Below, piece by piece: positions 20,398 to 28,815 of a stretch of DNA of 64,000 nucleotides (positions are counted from its first letter, which is position 1; the number at the start of each line of letters is the position of its first letter). The translations under genes and the position numbers were made by a program. Source of the DNA: a virus (Duplodnaviria; Caudoviricetes); IMG/VR virus record IMGVR_UViG_3300032290_001644, positions 8,736-72,735 of that record. The stretch is one strand, 5' to 3'. Below the pieces are notes generated by a model, which saw only the letters and a program-made list of their open reading frames with translations, had not been told where the DNA came from and searched no databases.

Positions 20398-21747
20398 TTA
20401 TCTTTCATCGTTGTTAGCACTATATTTTAAACTCCTTAGATTTTTAAGGACCTTTGCCGTAAGCTCTTTCTCTTCCTCAACCAAATCTTCTAGTGCGTAG
20501 AGCAACTTGCTAAATTTTTCCATAAAAGACTCTTCAGATACCTCAACCTTGTTAATATCTATCTCTTGGTATTGACCTGGTGATAGACTAAATTTTTGAT
20601 CGTGTACCACCGTTTGATCAATATCAACAAGGAAATCAAGCTTCTCAATTTGTTCACCAGCTCGCCACTTACCTAACTGGTCGATTACTCGGTCAATCAC
20701 CTCATCCTTAAGCTCATTTTGCTTGCGATTGATCGGTGTACCTTGGCTTGCTAAATCTATCAGTAGCATCTTGCCAGCTCTAGCCTTTGCCTTGTTCAGT
20801 ACCCAAATAGAGCATGGGATACTTGTACTCATGAAGAGTTTTGGGGGTAGTGTGATAATAGCTTCCACTAAATCTTGCTTCACTAAATATTCCCTTACCG
20901 CTAGCTCATCCTTTTGAGCGGTTGTGAGAGCACCATTAGCCATGATAATACATGCAATCCCGTCATCTTTTAGGTGATACAAGCAATGGAGGATCCATGC
21001 AAAATTTGCGTTATTAGAAGGTGGCGTTGGGAAGTCTTTAAATCTTGGATCCGAGGCTAAGTGTAATCCACTATCCCATCCTTTTTGATTGTATGGAGGA
21101 TTGGCTAGGATGATATCTGCTCGCAAATCGATATGTTTTGGGGTATCCATAGTGCTACCTGGTAGTCTGCCAAAGTCATAATCCATCTGGTACAACAAAG
21201 CATTGACACAAGCAATCTTCCAACTTGTTGAATTAAACTCCTGGCCATAGTACTCAACCTCACAATGTTGCATGACTCTTGAAATATGTTTATGAGCAAG
21301 TACAAGTAAGCCAGCCGTACCCATAGCAGGATCATAGATTTTCAGCTCATGTCCCTTACCTAGTAGACCAATCTTGATGACAAGCATTGCTAGTGAGGGG
21401 GGAGTATAGAAAGCCCCCAGCTTTTGAGCATCTGCTCTACTCATCAAGCCTTCAAACACAAGACCTAAATCATCCACATCACCGCATAAATCGAATGTTT
21501 TTACTTCATTGTAGATAGCAAGAGCTTTCGTTGACTGGAAGACGCTAGGCTCAAGTAAAAAATAAAATTTGTCTTCATGCTCATCACGCAAATGTCTGAC
21601 CGCCAATTCAAGCTGGGATGATGATGCATAATCTTTATCCCCTGCAATCATTCGTAGTAATAGACTTTGGACAACAATTTTGGCAATTTGCTCTTCAGTC
21701 AGGTGATTTCTATAGGCTTGATAGAGAGCTTCAATCTGATCTTTCAT
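20398..21747 (-). CDS. hsdM: Orphan type I RM methyltransferase subunit (HsdM-like, copy 1)
   Basis: 449 aa. GAFYTP, motif I IYDPAMGTAG, YGQEFN, motif IV ANPPYN, NANFAWILH, ANGAL, LPPKLF, C-terminal SLSPGQY plus helix; shortened N-domain. Confidence 0.92.
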   Translation of the reverse strand: MKDQIEALYQAYRNHLTEEQIAKIVVQSLLLRMIAGDKDYASSSQLELAVRHLRDEHEDKFYFLLEPSVFQSTKALAIYNEVKTFDLCGDVDDLGLVFEGLMSRADAQKLGAFYTPPSLAMLVIKIGLLGKGHELKIYDPAMGTAGLLVLAHKHISRVMQHCEVEYYGQEFNSTSWKIACVNALLYQMDYDFGRLPGSTMDTPKHIDLRADIILANPPYNQKGWDSGLHLASDPRFKDFPTPPSNNANFAWILHCLYHLKDDGIACIIMANGALTTAQKDELAVREYLVKQDLVEAIITLPPKLFMSTSIPCSIWVLNKAKARAGKMLLIDLASQGTPINRKQNELKDEVIDRVIDQLGKWRAGEQIEKLDFLVDIDQTVVHDQKFSLSPGQYQEIDINKVEVSEESFMEKFSKLLYALEDLVEEEKELTAKVLKNLRSLKYSANNDER

Positions 21748-21805
21748 GGTTTTCCCCTATGTTGTGTATGTTCAACCTATAAACACATGACACTATCTTT
21801 TTATT

Positions 21806-22381
21806 TTACTTCCCGCAAGTCTCATGTCTATGGTGCCTATTGTATGCAAGCCACTTATCGTAGCAACCTCTAAATTTAAGCATGTTTCTTGTGATTTGGA
21901 AACTCTTCTCAAGCTTGAATGCGAGCATACCTATGAAACCTTTGTAGATAACCATCCACTCATCAAGCTGCTCTACTGATGGGGAATTTTTCTCATAGTA
22001 TCTACGATTGTATTCTTTTCTTGATAAAGCTACTTCCCCCATCGGTTTTCTTCCTCGCTTCATTCCAGTGTGATGGATACCATTCACTTTTGCATATTCC
22101 CGTAAATATGGGACATCCATGTTGAAATGCTCAGCAATTTGTTTCCAAGTAAGTTGTTGTGCTAAAACTCTTTTAAATTCCGTTAGGTTTAGTTTTGCAT
22201 ATCGTGTTGAGGTTTTTAAACTCTTTAAACATTTCTTTTTGTGTTTTTCATCAAACTCACCGGCTTCAAGTTGGTCTTCCAGTTGCACTAGCCGATCATT
22301 AGGATCTACTGGCATCTCTAGTAAAACTTCAAAAATGCTTCGGGGTATTTTAGACTGAAGGTTTTTTTTAGCATGTAGCAT
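21806..22381 (-). CDS. HTH-repeat protein, paralog A
   Basis: QQLTWKQIAEHFNMD HTH; shares RRYYEKNSPSVE.L with 22400..22960. Confidence 0.75.
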   Translation of the reverse strand: MLHAKKNLQSKIPRSIFEVLLEMPVDPNDRLVQLEDQLEAGEFDEKHKKKCLKSLKTSTRYAKLNLTEFKRVLAQQLTWKQIAEHFNMDVPYLREYAKVNGIHHTGMKRGRKPMGEVALSRKEYNRRYYEKNSPSVEQLDEWMVIYKGFIGMLAFKLEKSFQITRNMLKFRGCYDKWLAYNRHHRHETCGK

Positions 22382-22399
22382 TTTTATCTCCGTTTTTGC

Positions 22400-22960
22400 T
22401 CATTTGTTAAAAAAGTCATATTTACCACCATTCTTAAAGTAATCCTTCCAAGTTTGGTATCTACCACGATGACGCAACATGTTTTTAGTGATAGCAAAAG
22501 TCTTGTTTAGCTTATATGCGAGTATGCCAATATATCCACCGTATAGTACCATCAAACGGTCTAGCTCCTCTACGGATGGTGAATTTTTCTCATAGTACCT
22601 ACGCACACGCTCGCTATTTGTCAAAGCGGTTGTACTCAACTTCTTACCCCTAGGCATTCGCTCCTTAGTGATACCATTTGCTCTAGCGATATCTCTTACC
22701 CGCTGGGGGGTATCTCCAAGCTTGTCGGCAATTTGATGCCAAGTCAATTGTTGGCTACATAGCATTTTCAAATCAAGTAAATCAAAAGTGTACTGTCTCT
22801 TCCTATCACTTCTTTTTGCGTTGTAGTACTCTTCATCACAATGCTCATCCAGCAGTTTAGCCTCTAGATCTAAAAGTCTTTGATCATATTCGGTTGGTGC
22901 TGATTGGAGAACATCAAAAAGATCAAGCATTCGATGTTTAGTTTGTTTACCAAATCTCAT
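22400..22960 (-). CDS. HTH-repeat protein, paralog B
   Basis: QQLTWHQIADKLGDT HTH; full-length paralog of 21806..22381. Confidence 0.75.
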   Translation of the reverse strand: MRFGKQTKHRMLDLFDVLQSAPTEYDQRLLDLEAKLLDEHCDEEYYNAKRSDRKRQYTFDLLDLKMLCSQQLTWHQIADKLGDTPQRVRDIARANGITKERMPRGKKLSTTALTNSERVRRYYEKNSPSVEELDRLMVLYGGYIGILAYKLNKTFAITKNMLRHRGRYQTWKDYFKNGGKYDFFNK

Positions 22961-23253
22961 CTTTTCTTTCTCCTATAGATACCTAGTGAACGATCTTGTA
23001 AATCGTCAAGCTTTGCTCGTGCTTCTGGAGATAGGTCCATAAAAAAGAGTGTGAAAAGGCAGCTCTCTTTGATCGTGCTAGCGTACTTTTTTTGCTCAAT
23101 CGTTAAATCATCCTTGAGTAGGTACTGGGTACAATATTCCGCTAGATCTTTGTATTGCACTCTTAACTTACCTGGATCTTCCCCAAGCCTACTAGCATAT
23201 TCGATTGCATGGAAATCCAGATTGATCTGATTTTTGATTTCTTGATTAGTCAT
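22957..23253 (-). CDS. Hypothetical protein
   Basis: 98 aa overlapping both neighbours. Confidence 0.6.
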   Translation of the reverse strand: MTNQEIKNQINLDFHAIEYASRLGEDPGKLRVQYKDLAEYCTQYLLKDDLTIEQKKYASTIKESCLFTLFFMDLSPEARAKLDDLQDRSLGIYRRKKR

Positions 23254-23725
23254 TTTTCTTATTTCCTTTGGGTAGTAAACCGAGTGCTTTTGCTCTATAT
23301 CTAGCGGAGTCGATTGTGATACCTAGCGTTTTACTTATCTCACGCCAGCTTAATCCTTGCTCATATACTGCTTTAAATTGGTCCGCAACAAGGTCAAGAT
23401 CAGTGTATCCCTTGTTTTTATGCTGGCCTAAATGTCTCAAAGCATAGTATCTGGCTTGCTCAGCAGTTACACCAAAAGCAGCACCTATTTGACGCCAAGG
23501 CTTCAATTCGATCATCATTTGCTCAAGCTTGATCAGATCCAGCTCCTTTACAGCGTTCTTGCGTACCACTGAAGGCTTTTTGGGGGTAGTTATTTTTACT
23601 TGCTCTTTTGGTGGTACGATAGGAAGATCAATCTTCACTTGCTCTTTTGGTGGTACGATAGGAAGATCAATCATTTGTCCATCTGTTGGCCTATAAATAA
23701 ACGCTTTTGTTATTGTCATGATCAT
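23246..23725 (-). CDS. Two-HTH protein
   Basis: KPWRQIGAAFGVT and LSWREISKTLGIT. Confidence 0.7.
   Translation of the reverse strand: MIMTITKAFIYRPTDGQMIDLPIVPPKEQVKIDLPIVPPKEQVKITTPKKPSVVRKNAVKELDLIKLEQMMIELKPWRQIGAAFGVTAEQARYYALRHLGQHKNKGYTDLDLVADQFKAVYEQGLSWREISKTLGITIDSARYRAKALGLLPKGNKKND
23598..23672. repeat. 39-bp-period tandem duplication
   Basis: 36 identical bp at 23598-23633 and 23637-23672, encoding IDLPIVPPKEQVK twice. Confidence 0.92.
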
Positions 23726-24318
23726 GCCTCACAATTTACTAATTTGACATTTCTTTTAGGTATACCAGCATTGCGTATAATCGCATACAAGGTGCCAAGA
23801 GATACGCCACCTTGTGCAAGGATATCTTCAATCGGTAGGCCTTTTTTATATGCATCTAGAATCCATTCACTTTTATCAAGTACCTGCTTTGTGATACCTT
23901 TTGGCCTACCGCCAACTCTTCCCCTTGCTCTTGCAGCCTTGAGGCCGAGCATGGTTCTTTCTCTGATCATACCTACTTCCATCTCTGCCAGTGCACCGAA
24001 GATGTGAAAGATGAAGACTCCCATGTGCGTGCTTGTATCTATTCCATCGCTTGTCTTGAAATGACAATCCTTGGCTTTGATTTGATCTACTAGCGAAATT
24101 AAATCTTTCATAGATCTACCTAATCGATCGAGCTTAGAGCATACCAAAGTATCACCCTTCTTTAGCTTGTTGAATGCTTTCTTTAGCTCTGGTCTTTCTT
24201 TTGATCTACCAGTAAATTTTTCTTGATAAATTGTGGTGCATCCAACCGATTTTAGATAGTCTATTTGCATATCTAGCGATTGATCTTCGGTCGATACTCT
24301 TGCATATCCAATTAACAT
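23722..24318 (-). CDS. Small serine recombinase (resolvase/invertase)
   Basis: 198 aa. MLIGYARVSTEDQ (catalytic Ser), KLDRLGRS, IRERTMLGLKAARARGRVGGRP, C-terminal HTH. Confidence 0.95.
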   Translation of the reverse strand: MLIGYARVSTEDQSLDMQIDYLKSVGCTTIYQEKFTGRSKERPELKKAFNKLKKGDTLVCSKLDRLGRSMKDLISLVDQIKAKDCHFKTSDGIDTSTHMGVFIFHIFGALAEMEVGMIRERTMLGLKAARARGRVGGRPKGITKQVLDKSEWILDAYKKGLPIEDILAQGGVSLGTLYAIIRNAGIPKRNVKLVNCEA

Positions 24319-24379
24319 GTATTTGTCCTTGTGTGAGAAATTCTTCTAGTAAACACACAAGCAGGTGGTTTTTTATAAA

Positions 24380-24817
24380 TTATTTAAATTTTCGTACCGT
24401 ATTCATGATTTCAGAAAGAGATTCATTGATTGCACCCATACAATTTTTTTCAAAGAATGTACCAACTACACATCGGGTAAACTCGCAACATACTCTGCCT
24501 CGTATTTCATATTCCGCAGCAATGTTGAGCATTTGATTAGGGAAGTCGGAAGAGAAATCCAAAGAGAAAATGATTTTTACTGGATGCTCACCAGTGTAAA
24601 AAATCTCTAGTTTTGATCCATTCACCTTTGTTTCATATGGTAGTTTCAATCGTGCATAGAGTAGTTGGCACGCCAGCACTTGATTTGCCTCGATCATACA
24701 AATAGGACCAAATACATGTGTTAAACCCCAGATATCGATTTCATGTTTATTTTCCACCAAACCTGCTTCCCTTGCTGCATATCTTATATCTTCCGCCGAT
24801 TTTTTTTGCTTTGCCAT
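24380..24817 (-). CDS. Hypothetical protein
   Basis: 145 aa with GGGG RBS, behind its own promoter and a long leader. Confidence 0.65.
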   Translation of the reverse strand: MAKQKKSAEDIRYAAREAGLVENKHEIDIWGLTHVFGPICMIEANQVLACQLLYARLKLPYETKVNGSKLEIFYTGEHPVKIIFSLDFSSDFPNQMLNIAAEYEIRGRVCCEFTRCVVGTFFEKNCMGAINESLSEIMNTVRKFK

Positions 24818-24943
24818 CTATACCCCCCAAATCAGATAGGTGTTGGTCCTAAGGTGCTACGCAATCAACATGACAACAAAAAAACCGTCAACAACCAGAG
24901 AAAACGGTTTCAAACTCAACCAAAGGTTCAGACCAACAAAATT

Positions 24944-24972
24944 TATATAACAATATATAAAAATATTGTCAA
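24944..24972 (-). promoter_or_regulatory. Sigma70-type promoter
   Basis: Minus strand TTGACA-17 nt-TATATA. Confidence 0.72.
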
Positions 24973-24978
24973 CATTTT

Positions 24979-25284
24979 TCATGATCTAATTTTTGTTTGA
25001 GCGATTGTATTGTATCTTGTGATGAGTGCTGGTGATATCTCTCTGACTGCATCACTAAAGAAAAGTGTTATTGCTTGATCCAGATACTGGTACATAGGTT
25101 TTTGGGTAGCTGGAATTGTATTCGTTTCTAGCGTTTTACAAATCGTCTCAAGTGTATAGTCATAGATACTTGATGCGTTAGGTGCATGACTATTCATATA
25201 CATAGGCCTATTTGCCATCCACTGATTTAGAAATAAACTTGTATAGCAAGTAGGTAAAAATTCTAGGTCCGTAACTGGCTTCAT
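24979..25284 (-). CDS. Hypothetical protein
   Basis: Start taken at MKPVT, where ATG overlaps the upstream TGA (ATGA). Confidence 0.6.
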   Translation of the reverse strand: MKPVTDLEFLPTCYTSLFLNQWMANRPMYMNSHAPNASSIYDYTLETICKTLETNTIPATQKPMYQYLDQAITLFFSDAVREISPALITRYNTIAQTKIRS

Positions 25285-25517
25285 TGGTTTTTCCTCCACA
25301 CATGTACTTGTTCCATAATTGTCAGTAATACAAGTGAACAAAAACTTGTCATTGGTGCCAGTACACATACACTAAATAGACATGCAGTACACACTAGAGC
25401 AAACGATAGAATTTTAATATCTTCACGCTCAACCGCTACCTTGTATGTGAGGGATAAAAATGGATTGATCATGATCCACATGATGATGATATTGATAAGT
25501 GCGAGTAAAATATACAT
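25281..25517 (-). CDS. Small two-pass membrane protein
   Basis: 78 aa with two hydrophobic segments. Confidence 0.5.
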   Translation of the reverse strand: MYILLALINIIIMWIMINPFLSLTYKVAVEREDIKILSFALVCTACLFSVCVLAPMTSFCSLVLLTIMEQVHVWRKNQ

Positions 25518-25519
25518 AT

Positions 25520-25729
25520 TTATTCCAGCTTTGTTTTTAGACCTAGCTCACTTAAGTAAGCATTGATCTTGATTTTGTGTTTTTGGATATCGTTTAAGAG
25601 TTGATTGATCTGATTGAGTGTTTCATCTAGATCAATCGCTTCTTCATCACTATGTTTTATTATATATCTAGGAATATTCAGATTGAAATCATTATTTTCA
25701 ATTTCTGACAAAGAGACACTTCTTACCAT
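25520..25729 (-). CDS. Stand-alone short-type HsdM C-terminal module
   Basis: VSLSEIENNDFNLNIPRYI...EEAIDL...helix...LSELG is the typical short HsdM C-terminus. Confidence 0.8.
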   Translation of the reverse strand: MVRSVSLSEIENNDFNLNIPRYIIKHSDEEAIDLDETLNQINQLLNDIQKHKIKINAYLSELGLKTKLE

Positions 25730-26184
25730 GAAATCCCCAACATCTTTAGGTTTGCATCTAGCTTGTCTTCCAGCTCACGAAGTTGCTGCCTCATGACTGG
25801 TAGCGGTGTATCATATCTACGAATAAGCTCATCTAGTCTAGTATAGAGTTTGACAAGAGCTTCTTCATGTTGCGTGAAATAGGGGAGACCTATGATAAAT
25901 TGTCTCAAAGCTTCCGTACTGATATCAATGTTTGTTATTTTCTCTGGTGCAATTGTAGGCCGGTAGTATTTTGGCCTATGCTCAATCGTGTCAAAGAGTC
26001 TTGCCTTTAGATCAGGGTAATCGGACCAATCAAGACTATCAATATCAACCTTGGGAATACCCCCCAGCATATGAGCCTCTATATCGTGGATATCTTCAGG
26101 CTCAATATTTGGTATGTACCGGTTAATTGCTAAGTTATACTCTTTCTCTTCAATCTCTTTGAGTGATGCCAAATACTCTTTCAT
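25723..26184 (-). CDS. Stand-alone condensed long-type HsdM C-terminal module
   Basis: ASLKEIEEKEYNLAINRYI...DIEAHMLGGIP...RYDTPLP...LKMLGISW, as recalled for long-form HsdM termini. Confidence 0.75.
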   Translation of the reverse strand: MKEYLASLKEIEEKEYNLAINRYIPNIEPEDIHDIEAHMLGGIPKVDIDSLDWSDYPDLKARLFDTIEHRPKYYRPTIAPEKITNIDISTEALRQFIIGLPYFTQHEEALVKLYTRLDELIRRYDTPLPVMRQQLRELEDKLDANLKMLGISW

Positions 26185-27224
26185 GCTTGTTGCTCCCCAA
26201 TCACTTCTAAGATCTTGTTTGTGCGTAGTCTATTCTTCTTACCAACCTTCTCAAACTCTTCGCTTGCATCTATAAAGAGAATGTCGGTTCTTGGTCTATT
26301 CTTCTTGAGTATGATCATGCAAGTAGGGATATCCGTTTGTTGGAAGATCTTGGGGGGTAGACCTATGATCGTATCTATATAGTTTTTCTTGATCAATTGC
26401 TCCCGTATCTTTTGCTCACTACTACCTCTAAACAGCACACCATGCGGTAGTACGATTGAGCAAATACCATCATCTGATAAGTGGCTCATCATATGCTGGA
26501 CAAAGGCAAGATCAGCCGTCTTTTTAGGTGCTAGTATGCCTTCAAATCGTGGATCATCTTTCATTTTATCTTGTTCCCATGCAACACTAAACGGCGGATT
26601 TGCTAGGATTGCATCAAACTTTTGTCCCACATGTTGGGGATTTGCTAGAGTATCCCCCCATCTAATATCACATTGATCAGGTGCTAAACCGTGAATTAAC
26701 AAGTTTTTCCTACAAATCTTGAAAGTCTCTTTGTTTAGCTCTTGACCATAGAATTTGTTCACTTTACCAACACCTTGCAAGATTAGGCCTCCCGCACCAC
26801 ATGTTGGATCATAGATTGATTTAGTTTTACTTGTGATTGTGAGCGTAGCTTGTAATTCTGCCAGCTCCTTAGGCGTGTAAAATTCGCCAAAGATTGCGGA
26901 ATTGCCTTTACTAAAAAAGCCTAAGATCATCTCATAGATATCTCCAAAAGAATGACTATCAATCTTTGAGATATCCAGCTCCGGTAGGATCTGATCTACT
27001 AGCGTCTGATCTTTGAATAGGTCCGTATCAAATAGATCAATCTCTTGTGCGTGGGGGTACATGCGATTTAATTCGTGCATACCTTCATAAACACTACCGC
27101 TAATCTTGTGCCTACTACTTAGCATTTGGTAGGCAATCAGGGACAAGATAAAATTCGTGTATTGTGTTGTTTCCATCTTCCCACGCAAGAGAGTGGCAAC
27201 CTTTAGTAATTGATTTTCGTTCAT
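26181..27224 (-). CDS. hsdM: Orphan HsdM catalytic core (copy 2), lacking its C-terminal tail
   Basis: 347 aa. GEFYTP, IYDPTCGAGG, YGQELN, GDTL, ANPPFS, ADLAFVQH, LPHGVLFRG, FIDAS; stops just before the NLNIPRY segment. Confidence 0.92.
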   Translation of the reverse strand: MNENQLLKVATLLRGKMETTQYTNFILSLIAYQMLSSRHKISGSVYEGMHELNRMYPHAQEIDLFDTDLFKDQTLVDQILPELDISKIDSHSFGDIYEMILGFFSKGNSAIFGEFYTPKELAELQATLTITSKTKSIYDPTCGAGGLILQGVGKVNKFYGQELNKETFKICRKNLLIHGLAPDQCDIRWGDTLANPQHVGQKFDAILANPPFSVAWEQDKMKDDPRFEGILAPKKTADLAFVQHMMSHLSDDGICSIVLPHGVLFRGSSEQKIREQLIKKNYIDTIIGLPPKIFQQTDIPTCMIILKKNRPRTDILFIDASEEFEKVGKKNRLRTNKILEVIGEQQA

Positions 27225-27239
27225 GTAATTGGCCTTGAT

Positions 27240-27704
27240 CTATGTAGTTTTTTTCTGTCTACTTGGTTTACGCTGCTTTACAAAGCCTATTCTTTTGGCG
27301 TAATCTCTTAGTGCTTGAATAGATACACCATACATTTTAGCAATTTCCCACCACGCTCGTTCAGGGGTAGCGAGTGCAATAAACTCTTGAGCGGTTGGTA
27401 GCTGTACCCGTATTACCGTATTGAGAGGCGTCTTACGGATACCGATTGCAAGTACTCTTTTTCTCAAAGCAGACCGTTCCATCTTTAGCTCACGCTCCAT
27501 TTGTCCCCAAGTTTTTGTATGTGCAAAGACTGCTAGGATCATGTCATCGGTAATATGATCATAAGTCTCTCTTGGCTTTCTTGCCTTTGGCTCTTGTGCT
27601 TTTTGTACCTTCTTTGTCTTTGGTTTGGTCTGCTTTCCAAGTACTTCCCCTCGCTCAATCATGCGTTCGATTTGGCGTAATCGTTCATCATCTTGTGTTG
27701 TCAT
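27240..27704 (-). CDS. HTH-repeat protein (two modules)
   Basis: KTWGQMERELKM and RAWWEIAKMYGVS; N-terminal DDERLRQIERMIE. Confidence 0.72.
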   Translation of the reverse strand: MTTQDDERLRQIERMIERGEVLGKQTKPKTKKVQKAQEPKARKPRETYDHITDDMILAVFAHTKTWGQMERELKMERSALRKRVLAIGIRKTPLNTVIRVQLPTAQEFIALATPERAWWEIAKMYGVSIQALRDYAKRIGFVKQRKPSRQKKTT

Positions 27705-28439
27705 CTAAACCTTCTTTGTTCTAGCATGTCTTTCTTTTAAAAAACCGTGTGTTTTCGCATAGCTATGAGCGGATGATGCTACTACGCCAAAATGTGACGC
27801 AATCTCTTTCCAGGTCAAATTTTGTCTCACAAGCTCTTTAAATAGATCTTGATCTAAAATCATTCGCTTGTAATTTCGAGTCTTTTTTATACCTAAGGTT
27901 TTTGCATGCTTACATAAAGCGGTCCGACTGATATTTAGTTTCTTACTGATATCATCCCATGAGCTATCACTATTCGCAAGCTCCAGCATGGTTTCATAGC
28001 TGGGTAATTGAATGTTATTTGTTCTTCTATATTTTTTTCTCATACGAGGCTGGATAACGCCTTTTCTTTTCATCCTATTGTATAGAGCGGATGCCGTCAC
28101 GCCAAGGGTAGGTGCAATTTCTGATAGAGACTGTGTGCTATATTGCTCACACACATCCCAAATTTGGTTATCAGTCAGTACTTTCTTCCAATGACATTTA
28201 TGCTTTTGGATACCTAGCTCGATTGCCTGCTTGCGTGCTTTGGTAGCACTCACATTGACCATATCCCCAATTTGTTTCCATGTTAGATCATCAGATACAA
28301 GATTTTTGAATTGCTCCATGGTACATTCAATTGTCCTTCTCTTTTTGCGTGTTTGTACGCTTGGGGGATTGGCCAGATTATTTTGCTCAATCATTTGCTC
28401 CAGCATTTCTAATCGCTCATCGTCATATTTGTACTTCAT
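27705..28439 (-). CDS. HTH-repeat protein (four modules)
   Basis: LTWKQIG, SLSEIAPTLGV, SWDDISKKLNI, LTWKEIASHFGV; N-terminal DDERLEMLEQMIE; start at MKYKY (GGAAGG RBS). Confidence 0.75.
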   Translation of the reverse strand: MKYKYDDERLEMLEQMIEQNNLANPPSVQTRKKRRTIECTMEQFKNLVSDDLTWKQIGDMVNVSATKARKQAIELGIQKHKCHWKKVLTDNQIWDVCEQYSTQSLSEIAPTLGVTASALYNRMKRKGVIQPRMRKKYRRTNNIQLPSYETMLELANSDSSWDDISKKLNISRTALCKHAKTLGIKKTRNYKRMILDQDLFKELVRQNLTWKEIASHFGVVASSAHSYAKTHGFLKERHARTKKV

Positions 28440-28441
28440 AA

Positions 28442-28621
28442 TCACACCTTCCCTTGAACAAGCTTGCATCTGAAAGTGGTTGCATTCCATCTATATCTCA
28501 TATCTTGCACCTTCTCAGTGACTTCTGGATCAGTGAGAGCACACGATTTTTCTAGTGGAATTTGAAAATCAAAAACTATTTCATCTACCACTAGACGCAG
28601 TAATAATATATTGCCAAACAT
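28442..28621 (-). CDS. Small hypothetical protein
   Basis: 59 aa from MFGNI with GGAG RBS. Confidence 0.5.
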   Translation of the reverse strand: MFGNILLLRLVVDEIVFDFQIPLEKSCALTDPEVTEKVQDMRYRWNATTFRCKLVQGKV

Positions 28622-28681
28622 AGTGAGTCTCCTTTGTGTCAATACGAATATAAACACACGAGGCAATCAATTTTTCAAGCC

Positions 28682-28805
28682 TTTCGTATATATTTCTTCA
28701 TATACTTTTATACGAAACGGGGTATATCGAAAATCGTTGATTTCAGCAAGAAAACAAGGATTTATACGAAACGGTATTTTATACGGAAGGGACGACTCGT
28801 ATAAA
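28682..28805. repeat. Cluster of five TATACG(A/G) motifs in both orientations (res-like site or operator array)
   Basis: TTTATACGAAACGG at 28707 and 28761, TTTATACGGAAGGG at 28778, inverted copies at 28682 and 28797. Confidence 0.75.
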
Positions 28806-28815
28806 TATATTGGCT

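Noticed and set aside
23722-24318. Phage integrase, or an IS/transposon
   Set aside because: Too short for a large serine integrase (no recombinase or zinc-ribbon domains); no transposase, terminal repeats or host junction nearby.
20398-27224. m4C/m6A heterodimeric type I MTase pair inferred from NPPY versus NPPF
   Set aside because: Both motifs occur in ordinary m6A HsdMs, and the two genes look like different subfamilies 4 kb apart. The motif alone is not diagnostic.
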